Assembly (NCBI RefSeq): GCF_001194135.2
Contig: NC_068985.1
Location: forward strand, 41,391,808-41,455,807
DNA length: 64,000 nucleotides
Source of the DNA: Octopus bimaculoides
Taxonomy: Eukaryota
Reading direction: 5' to 3'
A program made the translations under genes and the position numbers. Under the pieces are notes generated by a model that saw nothing but the letters and a program-made list of their open reading frames with translations, was not told the origin of the DNA and did not search any database. Below are positions 11,187 to 24,724 of the stretch, piece after piece (within the stretch, counting starts at the first letter, position 1; every line of letters begins with the position of its first letter).

Positions 11187-12052
11187 ATATATATATANNN
11201 NNNNNNNNNNNNNNNNNNNNNNNNNNNNNNNNNNNNNNNNNNNNNNNNNNNNNNNNNNNNNNNNNNNNNNNNNNNNNNNNNNNNNNNNNNNNNNNNNNNN
11301 NNNNNNNNNNNNNNNNNNNNNNNNNNNNNNNNNNNNNNNNNNNNNNNNNNNNNNNNNNNNNNNNNNNNNNNNNNNNNNNNNNNNNNNNNNNNNNNNNNNN
11401 NNNNNNNNNNNNNNNNNNNNNNNNNNNNNNNNNNNNNNNNNNNNNNNNNNNNNNNNNNNNNNNNNNNNNNNNNNNNNNNNNNNNNNNNNNNNNNNNNNNN
11501 NNNNNNNNNNNNNNNNNNNNNNNNNNNNNNNNNNNNNNNNNNNNNNNNNNNNNNNNNNNNNNNNNNNNNNNNNNNNNNNNNNNNNNNNNNNNNNNNNNNN
11601 NNNNNNNNNNNNNNNNNNNNNNNNNNNNNNNNNNNNNNNNNNNNNNNNNNNNNNNNNNNNNNNNNNNNNNNNNNNNNNNNNNNNNNNNNNNNNNNNNNNN
11701 NNNNNNNNNNNNNNNNNNNNNNNNNNNNNNNNNNNNNNNNNNNNNNNNNNNNNNNNNNNNNNNNNNNNNNNNNNNNNNNNNNNNNNNNNNNNNNNNNNNN
11801 NNNNNNNNNNNNNNNNNNNNNNNNNNNNNNNNNNNNNNNNNNNNNNNNNNNNNNNNNNNNNNNNNNNNNNNNNNNNNNNNNNNNNNNNNNNNNNNNNNNN
11901 NNNNNNNNNNNNNNNNNNNNNNNNNNNNNNNNNNNNNNNNNNNNNNNNNNNNNNNNNNNNNNNNNNNNNNNNNNNNNNNNNNNAACCAAATACCAATAAA
12001 GCATTTCAATTTGTAATACTCTCATTTCGGTCTCTGGCAGGTAAGTCTAAAG

Positions 12053-12408
12053 CAGGGGTTTTCAAACATTTTTTATTATCTATAGTCCCCTTTTAATTAC
12101 TATTTTATTCTGGTGGACCTCCATAGCCATTCTATGTTTAAAAACTAGTTTTAGAGAAACTAGTTTATAAAAAATTCCTATTTTCTTTTTCACACATTAA
12201 CTTGTGTAGGTTGAACTATGTAAGATGTTAGAGAAAGAAACATAGCTGTTTTTTGCTTTACATACCAATACATACATCTAAAGCAAAATTTTTTCAGGGG
12301 CACTCAAAATACTATTGCGGATCCCCAATTTATTATTTTGTTGTATGGACTCCAAACATCCTTATATGGACCCTTAGGGGTCATTTGGACCCCGGTTGAG
12401 AACCCTTG
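12053..12408 (+). mobile_element. hAT-type MITE
   Basis: TIRs CAGGGGTTTTCAA / TTGAGAACCCTTG with an 8-bp TSD GTCTAAAG / GTCTGAAG. Related copies at 31268-31674. Confidence 0.85.
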
Positions 12409-13224
12409 GTCTGAAGGATTTAAAATTTGTATGCTTGTGGAATGGTGGTCAAAATGCTTTCTGATAATTTACATGAGTCCCTCCACACTCTGAGTTCAAA
12501 TCTCATAAAAGTACATTTTTTCAACTATCTAGACTTGATTAATCAAGTACCTGTTATTCATTGGGGATCAGTGTAATAGGTTATACTCATAGTTTATAGC
12601 CTTGTACCTAACTTGGAAACCATATTGAGTAATTTCATCGAACAGCGATTAAACTATCACATACATACATATTCACCTCTATCACTCTTTCCATATATAC
12701 TAATACATTCTTCCCTTCCTCTTTTCTCACATACATCAATATATTTCTTTATCCGTCTTTGTATGTCTCTATCTCTTTGTTTCTTTTTCTTTGTCTCATT
12801 CTCTTTGTTTATTAGTCTGTCTTCTGTCAGTCTGTCTGGCTATCTGTTGTTGTTGTCTCACATATTTGAATATAATGAGATGAAAATCTCCGATAAATTG
12901 GGACTGTCTTAGGAATTAGGAGACAGAACTATTTCTAGGAGTGTTTACAATGGAAAAANNNNNNNNNNNNNNNNNNNNNNNNNNNNNNNNNNNNNNNNNN
13001 NNNNNNNNNNNNNNNNNNNNNNNNNNNNNNNNNNNNNNNNNNNNNNNNNNNNNNNNNNNNNNNNNNNNNNNNNNNNNNNNNNNNNNNNNNNNNNNNNNNN
13101 NNNNNNNNNNNNNNNNNNNNNNNNNNNNNNNNNNNNNNNNNNNNNNNNNNNNNNNNNNNNNNNNNNNNNNNNNNNNNNNNNNNNNNNNNNNNNNNNNNNN
13201 NNNNNNTATAGATATATATATATA

Positions 13225-15200
13225 CCGGACTCCAGGACCACCTCACGTTAGGGAAATAATGGATTTCTGATAACCTTGCTGTGATACGGAATTCCGTAAC
13301 ATGAAATTAATTTCCCCATTGATCTTAATGTTGAACAGTGAGATTCGTTCCGACAGACTTTTGACGAAAATGACAATTTCACAATTTATAAACATACACC
13401 TTATAATATGTAGACATAAAACATTTGTTAAGGAATAAATAAGTATCATAATACTGTAATAGGATACGTTCTTACAACAAAAGATGCTGACTACTAAGTG
13501 AGGGGTGGTGGTGGAATGAGAGCTAGTGGGGGGATGTGGGGCACTATCCTCTATCTTATAGTTTATCATTATGTACATCTGCCTGAAGGGTGAAGAACTT
13601 ATCCAAAATTGTTTGTTTATGGTGCATTATCTCTTTGTACAGCTCAGTGTAATAACTGATCTCATTGTAAATTCCTCTTGTAATTTTTATGTTACATTCA
13701 CGATTAGTGTCGTTATCAGCAAAAATTTGCAGACTTTCCTCTGTAGTTGCCAATCCTTTAGAAGTATTCTTTGCAGTCAATTTAAGTGGAGTTAATGGAA
13801 TTTCCGTATTTTCATCTGTATTCTCAGCCCTTGTTTTAGCACAATCAATCTTCGTTAGATAAACTTTTCTTTGTGGGACTTTAGCAACTCAACTACATAA
13901 TTTTCTTTGATTTCTTCAAACCCTACTTATTCGCAGATGTCACAATATCTTCTTGCGGAAAGCTTGTAAAGTCATAGATACAGATTGACCATATATTTTC
14001 CCCTAAACCATTCAAAATTTGGGGTTTCACGTGATCTCATGACTCAGCTGTGTTATTCACAGCATCCATTATGCTGGACTTTTTCCAGAAGTCTCTAACT
14101 ATTGATTTAAGCACCCTATCAATTGTTTCATAAATTCATTGAAATTTCTCAGAAAATATGCACTGAAGTTAGCTGTCGGACTTGAGCAAATAAGTTTTAT
14201 TCATTGGGATGTATCGTACTCTCGCATTAGCAGAAAACTTATTTAAGTTCACTGAACGGCTTGGTACATTTTCTGAAAGGAGCAATGCTTTGTTAGAAAT
14301 ATGTCTAGCACTGTACCTGTCTACAACAGGACAAAATGATGTTTGAATATTACGCTATGGCTCTTAGTTATCCATACCTTCTTACTTGAAAGCCAAATCA
14401 AAAGTATATTAAACTTTGCGTAACTCTTGAAAGCCCTTATATTTTTAAGGGGCCTCAATTTCATGTCCCTGTATTATTTCTTTGCACAAGAAGCGTCAAA
14501 CGATTTTTGAACGTAAAGTTTCGAGGAGTTGATTTTTCTTCTCGAGAAATAAAATTTCTAGCATGTATGCGGCCTTCAGAAAAGTGCAGTTTCATCAAGA
14601 TTGTATATTTGCTATGTTGTGTAATCCTCTTTAGCAATCGTTTTCTTCGGCTGCCCAGGATAAATAGTAGCAGCCTCTGTATCATCACTGATAGCTTCAT
14701 AAGTCATTATTATATTCTACAAATTCAAGAGCTTCTTATACTTTTCGAACCAGCCTTAACCAGTTAGAGAATGTTTTTTTACACAAGAAGATTCACCTTC
14801 TTTTTTTGTGTAAATTGTCAACCAAACGTTTGGCTTTTATTTTTAATCACCATTGTAATTATCGTCACATTACGTCGAATCTAATCCTCTGTTCATACAC
14901 TCAACAGCTGTTCTATTTTAAGCATCACATTCGACCTCTCAGAAAATAAGGCCTAAGCTGTTAACGAAGTAACTTCTTGAGCACTTGACTTAAGTTTCTC
15001 TCTATTGTTCTGTATTATTCCTACTGTAGATATTGCAAGCTTTAATGCTTTGACATTCTGGCTGATTTCTTTCTTTTGCACCAAGCTTTTCTAAAGCATC
15101 AAGTTAAATTCCCTGTGTAATCCGTATACAGTTCCTTTTTCTACTACTACCTTCATTTCCACTTGTTGGCTTCTTTCCAGATATCTTAAATTGCAGGTAA
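13225..15200 (-). mobile_element. Tigger/pogo-family DNA transposon, heavily decayed CENP-B-like transposase
   Basis: Frameshifted remnants: N-terminal GRKPTSGNEGSSRKR/HTH region, RNFISREEKS...KNRLTLL in the DDE_1 region, and C-terminal LQIFADND.N.E...YTELYKE...QTILDKFF typical of Tigger. Confidence 0.8.
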
Positions 15201-15249
15201 ATCCAAAAGCGAGGGCGATCAACATCTATCTACAACAAAACCACAACAA

Positions 15250-15492
15250 AAATATGATCACGTCGCGTGATCATATATATCGTGAGCGACCAGACTACCA
15301 GATGCTGTTACACAATGCTGGTCACAATGCGCTTTGCATAGTTTTAGCCTTTGAATGATGCCACCCCGCTGGCTGAGCGAGCAGACCAACATTCCTCTTT
15401 CACAGCAAATGGGGACTGGAGCAACGTGAAATGAAGTGTTTTGCTTAAGAACACAACGAGTCACCCAGTCTGGGAATCGAACCCACGATCAA
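15250..15492 (-). mobile_element. SINE family C: tRNA head plus CORE-like GTGTTCTTAAGCAAAACACTTCATTTCAC
   Basis: B box GGTTCGATTCC on the minus strand; body shared with 24200-24365 and 40993-41222. Confidence 0.75.
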
Positions 15493-16278
15493 TAACAAAA
15501 ATGTAGTGAAAAAATAGCAACCGTGTTCCATGAAAACAAATTATTGTTGTCGTATTCCTATGGATGTAAGAATGCAAATGAGAAGATGAAAGAGTAAAAT
15601 AGTGGAGTTGGGAGAAAGTACTGTACGATTACTGTTAGTTGAAGGATTACCAGGTTCATGGGCACTTCGCCCGTTGCATCTATTATTTAAATCATAAAAC
15701 ATTTACACTCTACTTGCAGATACACTTCGTTGTATTGACATACACCATATGTAGCTACAGACATTAATGTCAGGTTGATATTATAATTGTTGTTTCATAT
15801 TAGTTATTCAAAATTTAGTGAGTTGTTAGTGATAGAATGTTGCACTATCGGATTTGGTATTGGTAATGACGGTGACGATAGGTGATATCGTTGGTGTTGG
15901 TGACGGTCATATAGTTCTTGTTAATTGTATTCGTGTTACTGTTTAGTCTCAGATCAATCCTCATTGACGTGAGATCAAAGACATTTCATTCCATTTACAA
16001 AATACATTAGAGTACCACATTATCTCATGCTATTGTTTTACTTTTAAATGGAATGGCTTATCTTGTTCATACTATTGTCGCTGTTCTTGGACATGAAGGA
16101 GTTGGAGGGTTCGTTATGGCAATGCTTCCATTGGTTTTTGGTGTTAAAGGTAGATGATGGTAGTGAAGATTAATTACATAGACACACAAACACAGACACA
16201 CACACAAACACACATACAGAGTTTCCGTCTAGATGCTTTATAGATAGATAGATAGATAGATAGATGTGAGAGTGTGTG

Positions 16279-16310
<32 letters not shown>

Positions 16311-16399
16311 TGTATGTATGTATGTATGTGTATACATATATGTATGTATGTACAACCATAGAGATGGGAAAATAAATATAAATTCTCATTATAATGACA

Positions 16400-16560
16400 C
16401 GTGGTTGCTTGACTGCTAAAATCAACAGTTAAATCTCCATATCTCCTCTTCCGCTTGAAACAAAGTGCTAAATTTGATGATTATGTATTCCGGGTACGCC
16501 ATGTCTCAAAATAAAGTCAGGATGGTCGTAGATGGAATGCCTGTGATAAGTCAACTCAGT
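16400..16560 (+). repeat. interspersed repeat family D (unclassified, ~170 bp)
   Basis: Mutual similarity with 20685-20840, 28690-28850 and 37055-37225, and inverted copies near 15940-16060 and 62095-62200. Confidence 0.55.
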
Positions 16561-16609
16561 CAGTACTGGCCTGTGGTTAAGCAAAACTATCGATCAGGAC
16601 GGTAACCGC

Positions 16610-16730
16610 CACAATACCACCACCACCGCCACAATACCACCACCAGCTCTACCACTAATAATCCCCCACCACCCACCACCACCATCACCACCACCACCAC
16701 TACTATCACCACTACCATTACAACCACCAT

Positions 16731-16769
<39 letters not shown>

Positions 16770-16895
16770 CGTCACTACACTACCACCACTACCACCATTA
16801 TCATCATGAATAAAACAACCATTACATTTATCACCAACACCACCACTACCACCACCAACACCTACACCACCACTTTCACTTTCACTTTCACTATC

Positions 16896-16929
<34 letters not shown>

Positions 16930-17360
16930 TCAATACTACCATGATGACTACTATAACTGGCAATAACAAGAACCCCCACTTGTAATAGCAGCGGCGGTAG
17001 TAGCAGTAGTAGCAGCACCAGCACCAGCACCACCACCGCCACCATTTTTATCTTCCAATGCACCGAATTCTATTTTTCACCCCAAACCTTTTTTTTATGT
17101 TTAAACACTGTTTTATATATTTTTATCTTTCTATTTTAAAATCATCTTCCTCTTCTCTCTCCTCCTCTTCCTCGTCATCGTTCTATTCTTCCTCCTCATC
17201 ATCATCATCATCCTCACCATCATCATCCGCCTCATCATTATCCCCCCCTCAATATCATCATCATCATCATCACCATCATGGTGATTCCTCTTTACATTTT
17301 TTTTACATCATCCCACTTGCACTACCTCACCACCACCACCACCACCGCCACCCTCCTCTC
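16610..17360. repeat. compound trinucleotide microsatellites (ACC, ACT, ATC, TCC)
   Basis: Visible tandem runs giving poly-T/H/S/V pseudo-ORFs. Confidence 0.9.
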
Positions 17361-17564
17361 CACCTCCACTTCCACTATCACCATAATCTTAATTTTTATC
17401 CTGTTTTAGTTCTCTAAACATCCATTCATCTTTCCCCCCCTTCCCCCTCTCCCCCTCGACCCTCTCTCTTTATCTTTTATCTATCTCTCCCTCTTTCTCT
17501 CCCTCCCTCTTTTACGTTTATCTCTCACCATTCAGCCTCTCTAACATTTCTGTTTATTTACTTT

Positions 17565-17575
17565 CTAATGTATTA

Positions 17576-17639
<64 letters not shown>

Positions 17640-17667
17640 TGTTATTATTACTATTATTGTTATTATA

Positions 17668-17698
<31 letters not shown>

Positions 17699-17725
17699 TA
17701 TTATTATTATTATTATTATTATTAT
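17565..17725. repeat. (ATT)n microsatellite running into a gap
   Basis: Visible tandem run. Confidence 0.95.
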
Positions 17726-18847
17726 NNNNNNNNNNNNNNNNNNNNNNNNNNNNNNNNNNNNNNNNNNNNNNNNNNNNNNNNNNNNNNNNNNNNNNNNNNN
17801 NNNNNNNNNNNNNNNNNNNNNNNNNNNNNNNNNNNNNNNNNNNNNNNNNNNNNNNNNNNNNNNNNNNNNNNNNNNNNNNNNNNNNNNNNNNNNNNNNNNN
17901 NNNNNNNNNNNNNNNNNNNNNNNNNNNNNNNNNNNNNNNNNNNNNNNNNNNNNNNNNNNNNNNNNNNNNNNNNNNNNNNNNNNNNNNNNNNNNNNNNNNN
18001 NNNNNNNNNNNNNNNNNNNNNNNNNNNNNNNNNNNNNNNNNNNNNNNNNNNNNNNNNNNNNNNNNNNNNNNNNNNNNNNNNNNNNNNNNNNNNNNNNNNN
18101 NNNNNNNNNNNNNNNNNNNNNNNNNNNNNNNNNNNNNNNNNNNNNNNNNNNNNNNNNNNNNNNNNNNNNNNNNNNNNNNNNNNNNNNNNNNNNNNNNNNN
18201 NNNNNNNNNNNNNNNNNNNNNNNNNNNNNNNNNNNNNNNNNNNNNNNNNNNNNNNNNNNNNNNNNNNNNNNNNNNNNNNNNNNNNNNNNNNNNNNNNNNN
18301 NNNNNNNNNNNNNNNNNNNNNNNNNNNNNNNNNNNNNNNNNNNNNNNNNNNNNNNNNNNNNNNNNNNNNNNNNNNNNNNNNNNNNNNNNNNNNNNNNNNN
18401 NNNNNNNNNNNNNNNNNNNNNNNNNNNNNNNNNNNNNNNNNNNNNNNNNNNNNNNNNNNNNNNNNNNNNNNNNNNNNNNNNNNNNNNNNNNNNNNNNNNN
18501 NNNNNNNNNNNNNNNNNNNNNNNNNNNNNNNNNNNNNNNNNNNNNNNNNNNNNNNNNNNNNNNNNNNNNNNNNNNNNNNNNNNNNNNNNNNNNNNNNNAT
18601 AAACACATACACATATATAAACAGACTCACACACAAACACACACACACACAAGCAGAAACACGTACACACACACATACATACACAAATTGAACCATACAT
18701 GCACGCACACACAAACCCACCACACACAAACACTGACAGATACACACAAGTATACACATGCGCACGGCATACAGACACACAAGTGAAGCATGCACACACA
18801 CACACAGACACTTACAAATACACATGCGTACACACACATATATATAT

Positions 18848-18881
<34 letters not shown>

Positions 18882-20684
18882 TCACACACATTTATATGCA
18901 TATACACACGCGTATACAGACACAATGGCAAACACACAGACACATCCAAGGGTATACACATGCGTAAAGACATTTGCACATACATGCACACATTCATACA
19001 AAAGGTCTCCACCCGCTTACACACCCCGACTTCGTTTGCTGGGTGGATGGGAGGGGAGGAGGAGGGTGCAAGTGATGGAGATGCTGTTATAGGATATGTG
19101 TGTGTGTGTGTATGGGTGCGTGTGTACGTGTGGTGTATGTGTGTGTGTGTGTATGTTTGTGTATAGCTGTGTGTGCGTGGGTGTTGTATATGCGTGTGTA
19201 TGTGTATGTGTGTGTATGTATGCTTGTGTATGGGTGTGTGCGCCTGTGGTGTATATGTGTGTGTGTCTGTATGTTAGTGTATGTGTGTGTGTGTGGTGTG
19301 TGTGTATGTAATAGTGCATGTTGTGTGTTGAGTCTGATCTGGTGCACACGTAATCGCAGATTTCTCAGAAAAAATAAGATGGAGAATAACGGCGGCCGCC
19401 ATTGTAGTAGTAGTAGTAGTAGTAGTAATAGTGGTATCGTGGGTGGTTGAAGTAGTTGTGGTGGTGACGATAATATTAGTAGTAGTAGCAGTGGTGGTGG
19501 TGGTGGTAGTGGTGGGTGTGGGTGGTGGTGGTAGTGGTGGTGGTGGTGGTAGTGGTGNNNNNNNNNNNNNNNNNNNNNNNNNNNNNNNNNNNNNNNNNNN
19601 NNNNNNNNNNNNNNNNNNNNNNNNNNNNNNNNNNNNNNNNNNNNNNNNNNNNNNNNNNNNNNNNNNNNNNNNNNNNNNNNNNNNNNNNNNNNNNNNNNNN
19701 NNNNNNNNNNNNNNNNNNNNNNNNNNNNNNNNNNNNNNNNNNNNNNNNNNNNNNNNNNNNNNNNNNNNNNNNNNNNNNNNNNNNNNNNNNNNNNNNNNNN
19801 NNNNNNNNNNNNNNNNNNNNNNNNNNNNNNNNNNNNNNNNNNNNNNNNNNNNNNNNNNNNNNNNNNNNNNNNNNNNNNNNNNNNNNNNNNNNNNNNNNNN
19901 NNNNNNNNNNNNNNNNNNNNNNNNNNNNNNNNNNNNNNNNNNNNNNNNNNNNNNNNNNNNNNNNNNNNNNNNNNNNNNNNNNNNNNNNNNNNNNNNNNNN
20001 NNNNNNNNNNNNNNNNNNNNNNNNNNNNNNNNNNNNNNNNNNNNNNNNNNNNNNNNNNNNNNNNNNNNNNNNNNNNNNNNNNNNNNNNNNNNNNNNNNNN
20101 NNNNNNNNNNNNNNNNNNNNNNNNNNNNNNNNNNNNNNNNNNNNNNNNNNNNNNNNNNNNNNNNNNNNNNNNNNNNNNNNNNNNNNNNNNNNNNNNNNNN
20201 NNNNNNNNNNNNNNNNNNNNNNNNNNNNNNNNNNNNNNNNNNNNNNNNNNNNNNNNNNNNNNNNNNNNNNNNNNNNNNNNNNNNNNNNNNNNNNNNNNNN
20301 NNNNNNNNNNNNNNNNNNNNNNNNNNNNNNNNNNNNNNNNNNNNNGGTGATAGTGGTGGTGGCGGTGGTGATGGCGGTGGTGGCGGTGTTGATACTGGAA
20401 GTGGCACTGGTGATGGTGGTGGCGGTGGTGGTGGTGGTGTAGTGATGGTGGTGGTGGTGAGGGTGGTGATGCTGATAATTACGATGACCATTATAATCAT
20501 CACCATCATCACTCCATCATCAGAATCGTCATCATCATTATCATCATCATCATGATGGAAAAAGCAACACGAACACCACCACCACCAACAACAACAGCAG
20601 CAGCAGCAGCAGCAGTAGCGGCAATGGCAACACAAGAAAGGACAACAAAACTGTTACTACAATAACAGCAACAATAGAACACGA

Positions 20685-20840
20685 ACCTAGAAATAGCAGC
20701 TAAATCCTCTAAAATTACAGTGTAAAGTTAAAAAAAAAAAAGATGGAGGGACATATTTGACAATGGAATTCCAAGGTATACAAAAGAAACGGGGTGGTCA
20801 CGGCTGGAATACCTTTGGACTATGTCTATGTTTAGATCTC
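20685..20840 (+). repeat. repeat family D copy
   Basis: CTAGAAATAGCAGCTAAAT...GGTGGTCACGGCTGGAATACCTTTG is similar to 16400-16560 and 37055-37225. Confidence 0.55.
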
Positions 20841-21553
20841 AACAACAACAACGACATCAAAGAGTATGAGAAGATCTTTATAGCAGCACACACACGTAGC
20901 AACAACAGTAAGAACAACAACAATGAGGCCAGAACTAACATTTAGACAGTAGACAAAAACAAGAGAACTAGCGGTAAAAGCCAGACACAACAACAACAAC
21001 AATAACAAACAACAACAACAACGATTATAGGAACAACAGAGACAAACAATATGGAGGAAGTAAGAGGAACAAAGATGGCGGGAAGGAAGGAAGGAAGGAA
21101 GGAGGGGTGGGAGATATTCGGAGTGGCAGTAGAGTGAGGGAGAGTGTGAGGTATGATGAAAAAGAGCAGAGTTGAATGGGGTACAGCAACAAGAAGAGAA
21201 ACGAGTACATCGTCAGTAAATGGTGTGCTGGTGTGGTGGAGGTGGAGGTGGAGGTGTTGGTGGTGGCGGTGATGGTTGTGGTGGTAGTGGTAGTGGTAGT
21301 GGTGGTGGTGGTGGTGATCATTTGTTGTTGGCGTTAGTGGTTGTAAGGGATATTTCAGTACAAGACTTGCTAACCTTGCACTGAAAATAGCGCCTGTATT
21401 GCAATTACGATAAAGATGATGACGACGACGACGACGATGATGATGATGATGATGATAACGATGATGATGATGATGAAGATGAATATGATGATGATGATGG
21501 TGATGATGATGATAGTGTTGTTGCTGGCTGTAATAACAATAGTGATGAAAATT

Positions 21554-21584
<31 letters not shown>

Positions 21585-21585
21585 T

Positions 21586-21784
21586 CCTTTCTACTGTAGG
21601 CCTGAAATTTGGGGGTGAAGCGGGCTAGTCGATTGGATCGACCCCCAGCACGCAACTAGTACTTAATTTATCGACCCCGAAAGGATGAAAGGCAAAGTCG
21701 ACCTCGGCGGAATTTGAACTCAGAACGTTAAGACGGACGAAATACCCCCCTAAGCATTTTGCTCGGCGTGCTAACGATTCTGCC

Positions 21785-21785
<1 letters not shown>
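21586..21785 (-). mobile_element. SINE-B (tRNA-derived) with (ATT)n tail
   Basis: On the minus strand: A-box TGGCAGAATCGTTAG, B-box GAGTTCAAATTC and conserved body GTCGACTTTGCCTTTCATCCTTTCGGGGTCGATAAATTAAGTAC. Confidence 0.9.
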
Positions 21786-21820
<35 letters not shown>

Positions 21821-21872
21821 CAATAATGTTGATAAAAGTAATGATGTTGGCAGATTGTGAAGGATACCGTAG

Positions 21873-21908
<36 letters not shown>

Positions 21909-22035
21909 CAATGATGCAGATGGTGATGACAGGAATCATGATGATATTTATTTTTTCAATTTGCTTCTTTTTTGGAACAATAACATCGACAAACAATGCT
22001 TCTGCACATCGGTGTATGTGTGAGTGTGTGTGTAT

Positions 22036-22074
<39 letters not shown>

Positions 22075-22229
22075 TGTGTAAATTGCACGTGTCTGCTAAT
22101 ATTTACATTCTTTGCGCTTTTCATGCTGACTGGGGGGGGGAGTGTTTGGTGTGCTTTCAAAGACAAACTATATACGTGTATTTGTCTTCGTTACGTTTGA
22201 AGCGGGTATGTAACAACATGTATATATAT

Positions 22230-22337
22230 ACAGTCACACATATTTGTACATCATATATATAAACATACATATATATGCATATATATGCATACACACACAC
22301 ATATACATATATATATATGTATAGATACACACACATG

Positions 22338-22379
<42 letters not shown>

Positions 22380-22679
22380 TATACATATATATATACATAT
22401 ATATATACATATATATATACATATATATACATATATATATATACATATATATATATACATACACACACATATATGTATACATACACACACATATATATAT
22501 ATATATACATATACATATACATATACATATATATATATATACACACATATATATACATATACATATATATATATACACATATATATATACACACACATAT
22601 ATATATATGTATGTATAGAATTCATATATATATATATATATAAACATATTCAAATATGTACGTATGTCTTTATATATAT

Positions 22680-22722
<43 letters not shown>

Positions 22723-22750
22723 TGTATTTATATATATATATATATATGCA
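22230..22750. repeat. (TA)/(CA)/(TACA) compound microsatellite
   Basis: Visible tandem runs. Confidence 0.95.
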
Positions 22751-23117
22751 TATTACACACACGCACACACACACACACATATGCCCACTTTGTACACACG
22801 CTAGTGCGCGCACGCAAGCACGCAATCAAACACACACACAATGTTGAATGTGCGATGGTATTTATATTTATGTTACCTCATTGCTGCGTGTCTTTTTTTT
22901 TTTTATTATTTCGGCACATGTATTTTCGAGCCTTTGATGTTCGAACGCCTGTTGGTATCTAATGATATTTGCGTGCGCGTACGCGCACGTATAGTGTGTG
23001 TCTGTGCGTACGTGCGTGTGTGTCTGTGCGTACGTGCGTGTGTGTCTGTGTGTACGTGCGTGTGTGTATGTGTATGTTCATATATACCCTTACGAACACT
23101 CACATATAAAACGTACG

Positions 23118-23149
<32 letters not shown>

Positions 23150-23224
23150 TACAATTATACAGGCGAATATGTATATTACACAAATTAATATATACATGCA
23201 TATATACATGCACATACACATACA

Positions 23225-23259
<35 letters not shown>

Positions 23260-23798
23260 ATACACACACATACATACATGCACATATACATGTACACACT
23301 CACACGTGTGTGTGTGTTCGTGCGTGTGTGTGCAGATGGGTGTGCATATATGGGTGTATGTGCGTGTATGTGTAAATATTAATTAATAGGGTACCACATA
23401 ACAGTTTCTATTTCTTTTCTCGATCATTCGAAATGCAACGTATACCTGCTCACGGATAGATAAATCCTGTGGTGTAACCGCTTTGTTTGGTTTTCACAAC
23501 CAAACTATATTCTATGTTTATTTTTAAAAGAGACACATTACAGCTCAAATTACACGCCCCCCCCCACACACACACGCATATACACGCATACACTCACGCA
23601 AGCACAAATCTATATAATGAAATACATTATACTGAAATACATTATAATGAAATACATTACCTCAACCCTTATATACACGAATACATATACGTGTATGTAT
23701 ACGTACATATGTGTATGTGGGTATGTAACTTTACATGTGTATCTGTAGAGAAATGCAGATTTAATGGCGAGACGCATTAATATTATGTATATATATGT

Positions 23799-24015
23799 AA
23801 AGCGGCGAGCTGGCAGAATCGTTAGCACGCCGGACGAAATGCTTAGCGCTATTTTGTTTGTCTTTACGTTCTGAGTTCAAATTCTGCCGAGGTCGAGTTC
23901 GCCTTTCATCCTTTCGAGATTGATAAAACAAGTACCAGTTGAGCACTGGGCTCTATGTAATTGACTTACCTAATTCCCAGAAATTACTGGCCTTGTGCCA
24001 AAATTTGAAACCAAT
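23799..24015 (+). mobile_element. SINE-B, full length, tail type GCCAAAATTTGAAACCAAT
   Basis: Complete head, body and tail matching the other copies. Confidence 0.92.
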
Positions 24016-24199
24016 ACTGTACGTGCGTGCGCGGGCGTGTGTGCGTATTTCTGCACTCTCGTATATCTCTGTATGTATTTTCAGATAATGACTGTAAGAG
24101 AATAGCCATTATATCTCTGAATATGAACCTATAAAGACACACTCACTCTCACAGACACACACACTCACAGATACACGCACACTCACACACACGCATGAA

Positions 24200-24365
24200 A
24201 GCGAATGGCCTTGTGGGTAGGAAACTGAGCTCGCGATTGTAAGGTCATTACTTCGGTTCCTTGTATAGGCGATGCGTCGAGCAACTCACTTCATTTCATG
24301 TTGTCCCCAGTCTACTTACCGTCCCCAGTCTACTTACCTGGAAATGAGTAACCAGCCGACTGCTC
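24200..24365 (+). mobile_element. SINE family C, degenerate
   Basis: TGGCCTTGTGGGTAGG head and CACTTCATTTCATGTTG..CCAGTC body as at 40993-41222. Confidence 0.6.
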
Positions 24366-24724
24366 ATACAGCTGTGTGTATACGCACGCGCACTCACTCT
24401 CACACACACACACATGCGCGAGCGCACATACACATACATACACATACATACACATACACGCATACATATATGTTTGCGTGTGAGTAGGATGGGGAACGGT
24501 AATGGTTCCGAATACTATATAACTTCGAAGATAATTTAATCTAGTATTGTTTCGAATTGATATTTATTTACGTTTAACAAATATTAACGATTTGCTCTAT
24601 AAACGTTGTAGAAATTAAAGTTCTATAAATGGACTTGAACAAATTAAAAATTTTGTTTTTATATCATTTTTTTCCTTTCGCATAGTATAATTTCTAATAT
24701 TTCTAAAAGATAAACATATACATA

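Noticed and set aside
20757-20945. Short ORFs near 20.8 kb as a coding exon
   Set aside because: The sequence is explained by repeat family D plus (AAC)n.
16587-22962. Poly-His/Thr/Val/Asp/Ser and HT/VC/YI dipeptide ORFs (also at 31884-32897, 54162-54566, 62704-63125)
   Set aside because: They are translations of di-, tri- and tetranucleotide microsatellites, open in several frames on both strands.
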